A stretch of 64,000 bases of DNA from Candidatus Sysuiplasma jiujiangense (GCA_019721075.1 JAHEAD010000013.1:1-64000), one strand, 5' to 3'. Shown: positions 1-11,539, numbered from the stretch's first letter. Notes: a model not told the origin generated them from the letters alone. Translations and numbers: made by a program.

Positions 1-424
1 GATAGGCTCCCTCCGGATAGTCCGAATTGCCTGCAGGCAGCTGAAAATGGCGTTCAAACCGCTTGAGCACAAAATCCTTAACCCTTCTTTCGTTTACATC
101 TTCCGTGGAGTGCATCCCATTGCCTCCAAACAACGGAATGCACTCTCACATCAAAAAACAGTGCCAGTGCAGTAATTTCCCTATGCGGGACTACTGAGGT
201 ATCGGGCACACAGATCATCTAATGTCTTCGTTTTTGTTTGCTTGTATCGCTTGGTGTAAGTTCATTATCTACGCCTCCCTGTCAAATTTAATGTGAATGC
301 AATCCCGGGACGGGAGTACATAGAGTGCTCAGGAACATATGGCAAAAATGCCGATACATTTCAATTAAAATGATCAAATGCAAAATGTTTTGATAACGGC
401 ATAAGTAAGTTTTGACTCGGCTCA

Positions 425-3400
425 TTAGCTCTTTTCTTTGAATCGCTTTCTAAAATAGAACGACGTAGTTGTGAAAATTATACCCATTGCGATGGCAATG
501 TAAAGGGTTAATATAATAGGCGGAATGAGACCAACCGACAAGCTCAAGCTGAGAATTGCCTGAGGGTAAAAAGTAATGTTAACGAATAGACTTTTATTAT
601 TAACAACAAGAATTCCAGAAGGTGAATTCACCTTAGTTCCCTGCGGACCTGCGACTGAGTAGTGGTAAATGCCGCTTGAAACATTAAATACTACAATGGA
701 GGAGTTAGAATGAATACTTGTACCATTCAAATTTACTGTCCACTCAGCATGTGAAAAATCATTGGACTTAAAAATTATTTGATAGGTGTTCATATTGAAT
801 TGAATCTCTACAGTTTCACTTGAATTTTTTACACTGACATTGCCCGATGTCACATTTGCTTGAAATTTTAAAACTCTGGGTATTTGATAGGTGTAATATC
901 CATTCCTCACATCAAATGTAATTGAATTATTACTGGAAGTTTTACTTATATTATTTAGTTGTACGCTCCACTCGTAACCTAAGGGAAGGCCAGTTTGACG
1001 AAAAGTTAAATTGTACGAAATTGCAGTCCAATTTATAATGACAATTACATCAGATCCATTTACCCATACATGCCCCGTATTCGGATATGGATCGTAGTTT
1101 TCCACATTGTTCACTGCATAAACATACTCCCCGTTACTGACTTTGAAGTTGATGATGCTGTTCGCCGAGTTCTCTTTTGAGCCGTTCAGGTTTACTGACC
1201 AATTTGTTCCTTCAGGTAATCCAATTTCACGAAACGTGAGATTATGCGACACTGTGTAATTGATGAAAAAAATCGCACTTAGCGGCATGGATGAGGGATT
1301 GTATTTAACAGTCAATTTTGAAGGATAGTTTTGTTCAGGTGAACTTGAAATTAGTTCCGACTTGCCGGTTGTAGGATTGTACATCCAGATTCTTACAATG
1401 TTTTGGCCGGCAGGAATAGTGAATTGTATGTCTACCGGAGACGCTGTACTAGAATTTGCCGAAATGTATGTAACGTTGCTCTCAACCGCATAATTATAAA
1501 CAGTATCATTCCACTCGAAAGCTGGTTGAATTCCACCGACCAGCCCGTTTGAAAATGAAATAGTGGGAATCCCACTTGATGTGTTGACGTCCGGTGCAAT
1601 TTCCCAAGCCCACGCCTTCTCGCCAGTTAAACCTACCAGAGGACCAACATATTGCTCTTTTGACCAGTTAAATATGTATTCATTCTGTAAGCTCGAAACA
1701 CTCATAACTGCATCAATGTTCTTTATGGGTATTTCAAAACTCAAATTTGTATATTGTGGAAAATGGTAACCTGCAAAATTGTAGTATTTGGTGCTAATAT
1801 TATTGAATGGAACATATAAAGGATATTGAAAAGTCGGAATGTTCTCCTGAAGAAGATTTGGATAATAGAAGAAATGATCTCCTGATAAATATGTAGAGGA
1901 GTAAACTCCTTGACCCTGTGAAGAGCTGAATAAATCAACAGGTATTGTCTGGTTTGTAAGATTCAAGAAATAAGTGTTATTTATGTACAAGTAACCGGCC
2001 GAATGCCCGATATCAGTTTCTAAAACAGATGAATATGAACCATTGTGCCATGTCGTCGGTCCTGCGGTTGTCGCGATGTCATAAGGATTGTTAAAAAAGA
2101 CATCTGAATTGAAGTAAGAACCGATGCCCCCTTCAAGAACACCAAAAGCGGAAGCGCTTCCCACGCCAACACCCGGATCGTAAATGTCTGAATGATTAAC
2201 ATAAACTTTGCCCCACAAGGTGTTAGGCGGATTCGGAACATTGAGATCTTGAAAGAAACCTGCCCCATTGTCAGTTGTAAGGTTGTGTTGTTTCCACCAT
2301 ATAGTGGAATTAAAGTGCATTTTATAGAAGGTGTCATTACTGAATACAATTTGTGGGATATAAGGAGTCTGTACTGATGTAAAGGTTTCAAAGGGATTCC
2401 AATTCTGATCAGACCAGCCATTAGAGAAATTATCATGAGTCAAATTCCAATTGAATTGACCTGTAGCCTCGAACCCGATTGCGTCCATGCCATAAAGCCA
2501 GTTATAATCCATCTGCAAGTACTGGGGGTCAATTAACATCCCCCAGCCCTGATAGCTGCCTGTTTCCAAATTCAGTATTTGCTTCCTTATCGTGATATTG
2601 GGATAAGAAATAAAATAGTCATCATAGAGCTCAAGATGGGTTCCGCCGAGGCCGACATGTGTCCAGTGAAGCGATGTTGATTCCGGTGTGAAATTGAAAA
2701 TTGAATAAGTCACGTTCGCGAACTGCGGATTTAGGGTTACCCCGCCGGTAGTGGCAAGCATGGTAGAAAACGTATCATGAGTCGCGAACAATTCTGACCC
2801 GGTGATATACTGATCACCATAGTTCAGAAAACTAACATTAGAGTCATTATACCAGTAAGTATTGACTTCGTTGAATGAATACAATCCCCTGATACTGCTA
2901 TGATCAAAGGCCAGATATGCACCTTCGATCGTGGAGTTGATAATCTCCACATTGTTTAGGTGTGCATAACCGGTGGCGTGTGTCCCCGGAACGTTGCTAG
3001 ATGTCATATTGAAACGATAGAATTCAGAATTGTTAAAGTAGCCAACAAGGTTTGCGTAATTTGGATTGCCCGAGAATGGGGCCTCGAATATCGAGCCGGA
3101 TGAGCTGCCGGCGATCCATGGGCCCTGGACATCATTCATCTGCAAATCAGCTGATGGAATGAACTGGACTGCAGTAATATTTACGGATGAGAAAAAGACA
3201 ATACTGTTGTCAAATCGGACCATCTGCGTCGGTATTCCGTCCATTCCGAACGGATTCAGCCCTGAAAGTTCGAAGACAGTGGTGTTGTAAAAATAGAGAT
3301 TAGGGGTGTTAAACCAGGTAACGGTCGAATTAAGATATACAATTGTATTCACAAAACTGATGCTGTATGAAGAAGATGAAAATGGTGCAGAAAGAACCAC

Positions 3401-4456
3401 CGCTCCATCCTTGTATTCTATGTTTCCGGAAAGAGCTATGCTGTTTTCATAGCCCTCCGCAGGTGCAGGTCCGGAAACAGAAGCCGTCCAGTATGTGCGG
3501 CCATTGAGTGTAACAGAGATGTCATTGCCAGCCGAAAAACTTCCGCTCTGATTGGTCAGATAAAGGTCTGTCCCGGTCGCAGACTGCACTGAACCTGCCA
3601 CCCTGTAGCTGTAACTGTAAGACGAACTCAGTCCTGAATAGTTTGCATATCCCAGACTGTTTGTAACTTCTTTTATTAGCGGAGTTCCTGACTCACTGCT
3701 TCCATTGTATATGTAGACCGAAATTTGGGGAGCTTCCTGCCCATTACCAAAGTTTACGTTGATGTAGCCGTTTTTCAAAGTGCCCGCGGGTCCGTTTCCC
3801 ACTGCCTGGTACGTTGCATTGGAGGAGGGCATCAGATACCTTGTAAGCGTTTCTTTGTTGCCGGATATATCTATCTCCTGGGAAAAGGAAAGGTGTGCGG
3901 AACCGTCGCCCCTAATAGTTAGGAAATACCATCCTTCTGGAATCGTAAAATTAGCGTAACCCTTGCTGGATGTTACATTGGAATAGAATTTGTAAAGAGA
4001 TATATTCTGAAAAGTCACAGTCGAGTCGGCGGAAGCCGACCTGGATAACGGATGAAGCGTTCCGTTATAGGCGAGAACGGAAACTGAGGCGTATGACGAA
4101 GCAAGGTCAAGCGGATCGCTAACGTTGGCGGGGCCAAGATGGCCAGTTGGACCAACCTTGCCGATCGGTCCGAGATTCGAATAGGCAACAGAAAGGCCGC
4201 CGGTTCCCTGGACTCCTACATTCCTCGGGACTTTAGGCTGCTCATAAATGTAAGGGAAATTGAAGCCATAGAAGGATGTGGAACTGTTAGCTCCCACAGC
4301 CTCCTGCTGATATGTTTTACTTCCAGTCGTTTGAACCTTATTTAAGAGGCTAGTGTGTTTCAGGTCTTGAGCTGTGGCTGCAAAGGAAGTTAGGCAAAGA
4401 AGCAATGCTACAAAAAACACAATAACAATTCTGAAATGCTTGCTATTTTGTAGCAT
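425..4456 (-). CDS. Large secreted, C-terminally membrane-anchored surface glycoprotein (beta-rich core, three Thermoplasmatales/thermopsin-type Ig-like C-terminal repeats)
   Basis: 1343-aa ORF with an N-terminal hydrophobic signal and a very N/S/T/Y-rich body carrying >40 N-X-S/T sequons. Repeats LTFREIGLPEGTNWSVNLNG, LTFRQTGLPLGYEWSVQLNN and IIFKSNDFSHAEWTVNLNG precede a TM helix and basic tail (FRKRFKEKS). Confidence 0.85.
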   Translation of the reverse strand: MLQNSKHFRIVIVFFVALLLCLTSFAATAQDLKHTSLLNKVQTTGSKTYQQEAVGANSSTSFYGFNFPYIYEQPKVPRNVGVQGTGGLSVAYSNLGPIGKVGPTGHLGPANVSDPLDLASSYASVSVLAYNGTLHPLSRSASADSTVTFQNISLYKFYSNVTSSKGYANFTIPEGWYFLTIRGDGSAHLSFSQEIDISGNKETLTRYLMPSSNATYQAVGNGPAGTLKNGYINVNFGNGQEAPQISVYIYNGSSESGTPLIKEVTNSLGYANYSGLSSSYSYSYRVAGSVQSATGTDLYLTNQSGSFSAGNDISVTLNGRTYWTASVSGPAPAEGYENSIALSGNIEYKDGAVVLSAPFSSSSYSISFVNTIVYLNSTVTWFNTPNLYFYNTTVFELSGLNPFGMDGIPTQMVRFDNSIVFFSSVNITAVQFIPSADLQMNDVQGPWIAGSSSGSIFEAPFSGNPNYANLVGYFNNSEFYRFNMTSSNVPGTHATGYAHLNNVEIINSTIEGAYLAFDHSSIRGLYSFNEVNTYWYNDSNVSFLNYGDQYITGSELFATHDTFSTMLATTGGVTLNPQFANVTYSIFNFTPESTSLHWTHVGLGGTHLELYDDYFISYPNITIRKQILNLETGSYQGWGMLIDPQYLQMDYNWLYGMDAIGFEATGQFNWNLTHDNFSNGWSDQNWNPFETFTSVQTPYIPQIVFSNDTFYKMHFNSTIWWKQHNLTTDNGAGFFQDLNVPNPPNTLWGKVYVNHSDIYDPGVGVGSASAFGVLEGGIGSYFNSDVFFNNPYDIATTAGPTTWHNGSYSSVLETDIGHSAGYLYINNTYFLNLTNQTIPVDLFSSSQGQGVYSSTYLSGDHFFYYPNLLQENIPTFQYPLYVPFNNISTKYYNFAGYHFPQYTNLSFEIPIKNIDAVMSVSSLQNEYIFNWSKEQYVGPLVGLTGEKAWAWEIAPDVNTSSGIPTISFSNGLVGGIQPAFEWNDTVYNYAVESNVTYISANSSTASPVDIQFTIPAGQNIVRIWMYNPTTGKSELISSSPEQNYPSKLTVKYNPSSMPLSAIFFINYTVSHNLTFREIGLPEGTNWSVNLNGSKENSANSIINFKVSNGEYVYAVNNVENYDPYPNTGHVWVNGSDVIVIINWTAISYNLTFRQTGLPLGYEWSVQLNNISKTSSNNSITFDVRNGYYTYQIPRVLKFQANVTSGNVSVKNSSETVEIQFNMNTYQIIFKSNDFSHAEWTVNLNGTSIHSNSSIVVFNVSSGIYHYSVAGPQGTKVNSPSGILVVNNKSLFVNITFYPQAILSLSLSVGLIPPIILTLYIAIAMGIIFTTTSFYFRKRFKEKS

Positions 4457-5289
4457 GTGTTTATTCCTCGGGTCTGTCTACAGCTCGACGTGCTTCTCGA
4501 ATAACGTTGACTGTTTCTGGCGGCCTGAAGCGGCAGTCAAAACCATAGGCGCTGGGGCAACTAGCCTAATCCTGAAGTTATCATTTCCCATTTCCTCGTG
4601 CCAAGTAATTTCATGCTACATAAATCCCTCTCTCCATGAAATCACTGTCCAGACGGGCTTTTCGAAACCTGATTGGTCAATAACATGGTGTATTCGAAAA
4701 CGGCTACAACGGGAATGAGAAGCGTTAACAAAATCGATTTGTTATTCACAGAACGACAGAATTATATCCACAGAACCTCGGTTAATGAACGGAATTGATT
4801 TCCCGGCTAAAGTGGTTGCCCTGCGCAATGCAGTCATATGATCAATGTGAATAAAATAGCAAGCGAGGATATCCTCATTGCTCAACTGAAAATGCATGAC
4901 AAATCCGGAGCTCCGACAGAACGCATATAAAAATAAAGAACACCTTATACGCTAATTTTAGCAAGCAGTCTGGCAAAACTCTAAAGGGAAGATTCCCTGT
5001 CGCAAAGCGCTTACCAACAGAAGGCAAATTATGCTGGCGGCAGACAGTCTATTGGCAGCACACTAATCAGGCACCCTGAAATGAAATAGTTCGGAGGAAC
5101 ACGAGCAGTCATTACCTGCCGATGCCACTGATGCGGGAATTAAATATCTACAGTTTGTTAAGCGTTAGCAGTGCCTGAGATGTTTTTACAATTCATAGGA
5201 AAGACTGCGGAGCGATTAATTTATTGCGGCGCATGAATCGAATTGCATGCAAACCATCAATAACTCGGTAATATAGAAGAGATTGGTTT

Positions 5290-6459
5290 GTGATTACAAT
5301 GGAAGGTATCACCAGAAAGGGAGAGGAGAAGCGTAATATACTGGTGCTTTTCCCGTTTTCACAAAGCTATCTACCCGAATTTGATGCATTTTGTGAATTG
5401 GATAAGTTTGCTGCATTCATTGTAACTGATTCAACCGACATTATGACAAAAATCGACAGAAACGCTCGCATTATACGACCTGATAAATTGATTCTTCCTA
5501 CTGGAGGCATACTCACCTACAAGCTCGGTTTTGTGAAAAACATTAAAGAAATTCTGCAAAAAACCGATCCCGCTGCCGTCATAACCTTCGAATTGTACTC
5601 CTCTCTCTCCTTTCAAATTTCCAAAATTAAGAACCGGTACTCTCTGAGACACATTGTGATTTGCTACGACACAATTCCGGCAGATGCTGCGCTATGGGGT
5701 GTCTTCCCTTTAACGAGATATTTCTCCCGGGAAGTAATGAAGGGGGCGGACGCAATAGTTGCACTCAGCAACAGAATTATGCAAGCTTCACTGGCATCTG
5801 GTGCGAGTGAGTCCAAAGTGAAATTGGCATATCCTGGCGTTTATTCCCATTCCAAAAGAGGGAGTAATCAGATGATTCCCGGCGACAATTCATTTAAACT
5901 GCTATTTCTGGGAAGACTTAGAAGGAATAAAGGAATCGAAACTCTCATTGCCGCATTTCAAATGTTGATAGATGAAGGATACAGCAACATGAAGCTTGTG
6001 ATCGCCGGCGATGGGCCGCTTGCCGAAAAGGTCTCAAACGCTGCCAGGAACAATAACAGAATAAATTATGTTGGAAACGTATACGGAGATATGAAATGGC
6101 AATTATTTTCAGAGTCGGATCTGTTTCTTTATCCGAGTGAAGATCAGATCACCTTGGGGAGGAGGAAAAGATGGGAAGAACAGACCGCGGCTGCAGTTAG
6201 AGAGGCCATGGCATCAGGCTTGCCTGTGATTGTCAGCAACAGCGGATCGCTACCCGAAATAGTGGGAAGGCAGGAGCAGGTATTTGATCAGGGGAGCATA
6301 CAGGAATTACACGATAAAATCCTGGAATTTTACCGATCGCCTTCACTCAGGGCAGAGCTCGCCGATTCAAATCTAAAGCGAAGCGCCAGTGAGTTTGATA
6401 TGAAAATGTTTTCCAGAAAAATCGAGTATTTAATAGATGGAACAGACATAATAAACTGA
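5290..6459 (+). CDS. Glycosyltransferase family 4 (GT-B)
   Basis: Motifs LFLGRLRRNKG, IAGDGP and EEQ...EAMASGLPVIVSNSGSLPE. Alternative ATG at 5299. Confidence 0.92.
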   Translation: MITMEGITRKGEEKRNILVLFPFSQSYLPEFDAFCELDKFAAFIVTDSTDIMTKIDRNARIIRPDKLILPTGGILTYKLGFVKNIKEILQKTDPAAVITFELYSSLSFQISKIKNRYSLRHIVICYDTIPADAALWGVFPLTRYFSREVMKGADAIVALSNRIMQASLASGASESKVKLAYPGVYSHSKRGSNQMIPGDNSFKLLFLGRLRRNKGIETLIAAFQMLIDEGYSNMKLVIAGDGPLAEKVSNAARNNNRINYVGNVYGDMKWQLFSESDLFLYPSEDQITLGRRKRWEEQTAAAVREAMASGLPVIVSNSGSLPEIVGRQEQVFDQGSIQELHDKILEFYRSPSLRAELADSNLKRSASEFDMKMFSRKIEYLIDGTDIIN

Positions 6460-6796
6460 AGAAATTGTGGCGACTGTAAACAGACGGATTTTGATCGATC
6501 GTAGAGCAAACGATTTCAGTCTCGGATCGATCCCAATTCTCTGACCGGCATTACTGCCACTCCTGTTACAAGGCTTTACCGATGTGTAGCGAGTGTTCCA
6601 ACTACAGATGCTTCTTGAGTTACGCACGACCTTGCAAAATATGCAAAAGAGGAAGAAACCCACCGCGAATGATGAGATCCGAAGTCAAATTTAATGGTGA
6701 AGAATCCGAAGACTGCCGCGACGGGAACGGCATTGCGATCGCAGTGACTGGAGTAACCAAGATTTATACCGGTTACGCCGAATATGGTCAGTACGA

Positions 6797-7828
6797 TTGT
6801 CAATGGAACCGTATATTACCGTCATTGTAACAGCGTTCAATCGACAGAATTTTGTCAAAGAAGCGGTTGAATCTGTCCTTGAACAGAATTTGGTAAGAGA
6901 TGAGTATGAAATAATCGTAGTGAATAATTTCAACGATCCCGAATTCGATGACTTCTGCAAAACTAACAACGTTCTGAGTCTTGGATATTCTGAAAATGGA
7001 ATGGGTCAAATGGTGGTTCTCGGAATAGAGGCAGCTAAGGGCGAGGTCATCTGCTTTCTGGACGATGATGATACGTTCAATGAAGGAAAACTCCTTTACG
7101 TCAGGGATCTGTTTATCAGCAATCCGAAGCTAATCTATTACCACAACGACGGGATCTACACTGACCTGCATATGAATCCCATTGAGTCATTAAATATGCA
7201 AAATACAAAGCAGGTTGAATCAATTTTCCTGGAAGAAAACGAGAAGGATATTTCGCTGAAGAATTTTCTGCAACATGTCCACAGGTTTGGATCGTCATGC
7301 ATATCCATAAGAAAATCACCGTTCGACCAGTACCTTGATGGCATTAAATTAATTAGAGTCTCTCCTGATATTGTCATAACGACCTGTGCAATGCTGGCGA
7401 CGGGTGCGGTTTATTCAGACAACAGAAAACTGACAAATTACAGAGTGTGGGAATTGCAGTGGTCCAGCTATCGAACGGACAAGACTCCCGATGGGATAAA
7501 TACAATCCATTCCAGAGCGGTAGATTCAGCTTACGGATACGAGGTACTTTCGCAATTTACACTCGCATCGCCTCATATCCACGTGAAGAGGTATATTGAA
7601 GGTGTGCTTCTTGCGAGGACAGTATCATGCTCGATTTTGAACCCAAACCCCTCACGAAAAGAACTTGTGGCAGCATGGAAAAGATTCGTTGCGAAGAGAA
7701 GTCTGACCGATACAGTCAACCTGCTTATGGAAAGTTCGACAATCTTTTCATTGCTGAGCACGATTGCCTATGGGATAGCACCAAAACTATCCAGAACAAT
7801 TTTTATAAGACTCACCCCCACGGTATAG
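6797..7828 (+). CDS. Glycosyltransferase family 2 (GT-A)
   Basis: ITVIVTAFNR...EIIVVNN N-terminus and ICFLDDDD DxD motif. Confidence 0.92.
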   Translation: MSMEPYITVIVTAFNRQNFVKEAVESVLEQNLVRDEYEIIVVNNFNDPEFDDFCKTNNVLSLGYSENGMGQMVVLGIEAAKGEVICFLDDDDTFNEGKLLYVRDLFISNPKLIYYHNDGIYTDLHMNPIESLNMQNTKQVESIFLEENEKDISLKNFLQHVHRFGSSCISIRKSPFDQYLDGIKLIRVSPDIVITTCAMLATGAVYSDNRKLTNYRVWELQWSSYRTDKTPDGINTIHSRAVDSAYGYEVLSQFTLASPHIHVKRYIEGVLLARTVSCSILNPNPSRKELVAAWKRFVAKRSLTDTVNLLMESSTIFSLLSTIAYGIAPKLSRTIFIRLTPTV

Positions 7829-7933
7829 TTCCCTAATAAATTCCGCCGGAGCCATTTATGGTATAAAGGAATCAATTGTAAGAGGGCTATCAGACAATTT
7901 CATTAACCCAGAATCATTTCAGCTTCCTGAAGG

Positions 7934-9106
7934 TTGCAATTGCCTAAAAATGCCGTTATGATAGTTTCATTCTTTTTCAGACCCAACATAGGAGGAATTG
8001 AAACTCATCTGAATGATCTTATCAGGCTGATAGAGTCAAAGGGATTGAACATATATGTTGTGACATTTCAGCCGCTCACCAGTACGAAAAGAGGAAAGAC
8101 TGTAGAACACTCCAATTCGACAAAAATTTATCGCATTCCGAATCCTCTTTTCGACTCTTTTTATCGTCTTGACAGGCACTCGGTTGTCAGATTTTTAATC
8201 CTTTCGCCTCTGCTTTTCATATCTGCATCCGCAATCCTTGCAAAATACAGAAGTCAAATAGGCGTAATACATGCAAACAATTACGTAACAGCGTTCACGA
8301 CCGCTGTAATGTCTAAAATTTTTAACACAAGATCTGTCATAACAGTTTATGACACACACGATTTTTTTGGTGAAAACAGTCCCATGTTTCTTCGAAGATT
8401 TGCCGGAAGACTGCTCTCTTCATATGATTCGATAATCGCTATATCTGAAAGGGGAAAGCGTGACATTTTGTCATTAAATGTTGACACCAGAAAAATTATG
8501 GTAATGACATTCTGGATTGACACCACTGCTTTCACCCCGTGCCAAAACTCTTCAGAAAAATATTTCCGCCACCCTGAAAGGAAATTTTCAATACTCTATG
8601 TGGGAAGGCTCATTGAAACAAAGGGGGTGTTGTTGCTCCTTAGGGTTGCAGAGAGATTAAAATCTGACCATAACATTGTATTCAACTTCATTGGACAGGG
8701 TCCGCTAAAGCAGAAAATAATCGAGGCCGCTGAAACCGGAACGAACGTTTTCTATCTGGGCGCATTTGGACCGGAAAAACTCAGAGAATACTATTGCGAT
8801 GCTGATGTGACAATAGTTCCTTCGATTCATGAAGAGGGTTATGGGCGGGTTATTATGGAGTCGATTGCCTGTGCAACTCCGGTCATAGCTTCCAGGCGGG
8901 GCGCGATAGTAGAGGCAATCGACGATAGCGTTGGCATTCTGGTGGAACCGGAAGTGGAGTCAATACTTAGTGTATTGGAAACAATATCAAAAGACAGATC
9001 CATTCTCGGGAGACTGGCGGCCAATTGCCGGCTTTATGCTGAACGAAAGTTCAGCGAATCCAATGGTGAAATTATCTTGAACTCATATATCCGCGATGGT
9101 TTATGA
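7934..9106 (+). CDS. Glycosyltransferase family 4
   Basis: PNIGGIE, LYVGRLIETKG and PSIHEEGYGRVIMESIACATP motifs. Confidence 0.93.
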   Translation: MQLPKNAVMIVSFFFRPNIGGIETHLNDLIRLIESKGLNIYVVTFQPLTSTKRGKTVEHSNSTKIYRIPNPLFDSFYRLDRHSVVRFLILSPLLFISASAILAKYRSQIGVIHANNYVTAFTTAVMSKIFNTRSVITVYDTHDFFGENSPMFLRRFAGRLLSSYDSIIAISERGKRDILSLNVDTRKIMVMTFWIDTTAFTPCQNSSEKYFRHPERKFSILYVGRLIETKGVLLLLRVAERLKSDHNIVFNFIGQGPLKQKIIEAAETGTNVFYLGAFGPEKLREYYCDADVTIVPSIHEEGYGRVIMESIACATPVIASRRGAIVEAIDDSVGILVEPEVESILSVLETISKDRSILGRLAANCRLYAERKFSESNGEIILNSYIRDGL

Positions 9107-9336
9107 TGCTATGAATGAATCGCGGTTTTGATGCGGAGCTCACTTTCGCCTTTCAATGATTGCGCAGCCAATCGTTTGGCAGTACAGCCTGAAGACACAT
9201 TTCCTAACTCGGAACAGTGTCCGTCTTAACAGGAAGCATTTTTGACCGGTTCGCTTATGTCACATACGGGCTGCACTGAATGGCAAAAGGAAAGGCGGAA
9301 GGATTGCTCGACCCCCTGTCATATAATCAATTGGCA

Positions 9337-9882
9337 ATGAAGAAGATAGTGATCATCGGCTGGCCTGCCTCAGGAAAATCAACCTTCTCGGATACGCTTT
9401 CTCACTTAATGAACATCCCTGTCTACCATCTTGATGCTCTATACTGGAAACCAGGGCATATTGCAATCAGTAATGAAGACTGGATAAAACTGCAGTACAG
9501 GATGATTTCCGGTGAATATTGGATTGTTGAAGGAAATTATAGAACAACGCTTAACATCAGGTTAAGTGCAGCAGACAGCATCATATTTTTTGACATGCCA
9601 ATGTCAGTATGTCTCCGCAACGCAATCATTAGGATGATTAGGCACTATGGGCGTGAGAGAATCGGCATGTCGGCCGGCAATAGTGAAAGGCTCGACAGGC
9701 ATTTCTTAATGAGACTTATGAGAATATTCTGGATATACCCTGCCCTGGAAAGAGGGGAAACCATACGACTCGTTAAGTCACTGGGAGTGGAAAAAAATGT
9801 AGTAATCTTTCGCAATTACAGAGAAACAGTGAAATTTATAAGAGAGATTGGTGCGCTGCCAAACCGTTCGAAGGGCAGGTGA
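9337..9882 (+). CDS. P-loop kinase, FlaR/'DNA topology modulation protein' (adenylate kinase-like) family
   Basis: MKKIVIIGWPASGKST Walker A, HLDALYWKPG, WIVEGNY and ADSIIFFD match this family. The ORF track starts at 9280; ATG 9337 gives the typical N-terminus. Confidence 0.8.
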   Translation: MKKIVIIGWPASGKSTFSDTLSHLMNIPVYHLDALYWKPGHIAISNEDWIKLQYRMISGEYWIVEGNYRTTLNIRLSAADSIIFFDMPMSVCLRNAIIRMIRHYGRERIGMSAGNSERLDRHFLMRLMRIFWIYPALERGETIRLVKSLGVEKNVVIFRNYRETVKFIREIGALPNRSKGR

Positions 9883-10249
9883 CTTGCATAAATATTTGTC
9901 GTAGACGAGGCAGGCGAGTCGCGATTTGACAACAGGTCCAGGGAACAAAAGCAGTATTGGTTGAAAATGGCTTACTCTAAATGCTGTTTAGGTTATGCTA
10001 TCCACAAAAGTGAGAATTTTTTAACGGCCTTCCCATGAATCAGCCATTCACCAGTTGACAATTTTATCCTGAATACACAATGGTGAAGAAGCAGAGTTTC
10101 ATGTATTCAACGGAGTTTGGCAACAATTAAAAAGATAGCGGTCGTAACTCGATTAAGCTGGACGGCAATGCAACAGCTCAAATAAGGTGAACCTGAAGTT
10201 GATATTTCTGTTAAACCGGCGACGAAGACCGAAGCAGGAAGGGCAAACA

Positions 10250-11443
10250 ATGACAAGAGTGTTAATGGTGACCAAATCGCAAATGAACAGAGGCAGTTAC
10301 ATGCGTCTCTACCCGATGGCTGCGCGCTTATCGGAAAGTGGTTATAATGTCACTCTCATCTGTCCGCATGAGTACTCTAATCCGAGCATCGAGAGCAGGC
10401 TGATAAATGACAATTTCAGACTGATCCTGCTGCCAAGATTTAAAACCGAAACACACTACGCGGGTATTTTGCTAAGGGCCATATTTATTGTATTGCATCT
10501 CTCCAGGAAGAGATACGACATATTGCATGTGTCAAGCCCTGCTTTCCTTGACACCTGGAGTGTCTCCATGATTGGTAAATTGTTCAAGATCCCAACAGTT
10601 GTTGACATAGATGACCTCTGGGGATATACAGGGAACAATGACAGATCACATTTCGAGTCAGCAATTGAGGAATTTCTGATCAGATCGGCAATTAGCGCTG
10701 CCAGTAGGGTGACTGCGATAAGCCAATATCTGAAGGACCGCTATGATCACCTTTGTTCCAGAGAAATTGAAATTCTGTGGAACGGCATTTCAGAAGACGA
10801 CCTTTTCTCAATTTCAAAGAGACAGGCACGTGATACTCTGATTGATGAATTGGGATTGGAGATTAACGTAAAACTACTGCTCAGCCAGGTTCTCAAGGAG
10901 CAGGAAGAAACGACAATTGAGGCTATCGAATTAGTGAGAAAGAAAGGATTTAATATCGTTTCAACCATCCCGGGAGCAATCACAAGGCACCCGGCAGAAA
11001 AATTGCTGACAAACGGTAAGAATGTGAACAGCACTTTCCTTCTTCCCAGAGTTGAAAGAAAAAAATTCCTCGAAATGCTCGTAGCTTCTGACATAGTGCT
11101 GTTTTCAATGAAAAACACGGAGTGGGAAAGAGCGAGGCTTCCGGTCAGATTAACAGAATTTCTTGCAAGCGGTACACCGTTGTTGTCTGTGGTATTCGGC
11201 GAAAGTAGGCGTATCCTTGACATGACCAGTTATGGACCGCTGCTCAGGGAGCTCAACACAAATTCAAGCGCAGAGTCGCTTGCCCGGTCAATAGTGTATT
11301 ACCTGTCAAATGCCGAAGAATTGGATAAGATTGCAGACGAAGCACGCAAATTTGTTCTCACAAACCTTACCTGGGAACAGGTGATAAGCCAGTTAATCGG
11401 CATCTACAAGGATCTGAAGATTGAATGCGCATCCACGAGTTGA
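10250..11443 (+). CDS. Glycosyltransferase family 4
   Basis: MTRVLMV start, IPTVVDIDDLW, LWNGI and LPVRLTEFLASGTP motifs. The ORF track starts at 10187. Confidence 0.85.
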   Translation: MTRVLMVTKSQMNRGSYMRLYPMAARLSESGYNVTLICPHEYSNPSIESRLINDNFRLILLPRFKTETHYAGILLRAIFIVLHLSRKRYDILHVSSPAFLDTWSVSMIGKLFKIPTVVDIDDLWGYTGNNDRSHFESAIEEFLIRSAISAASRVTAISQYLKDRYDHLCSREIEILWNGISEDDLFSISKRQARDTLIDELGLEINVKLLLSQVLKEQEETTIEAIELVRKKGFNIVSTIPGAITRHPAEKLLTNGKNVNSTFLLPRVERKKFLEMLVASDIVLFSMKNTEWERARLPVRLTEFLASGTPLLSVVFGESRRILDMTSYGPLLRELNTNSSAESLARSIVYYLSNAEELDKIADEARKFVLTNLTWEQVISQLIGIYKDLKIECASTS

Positions 11444-11539
11444 TTTCTACGTTCTATTGACCACGCCAGTTTGTGTTTCAGAGTCGACAGAACCAGTCGG
11501 CCTGGTAACATACGCCGAGATGCAATCGCACCGCCGCTA

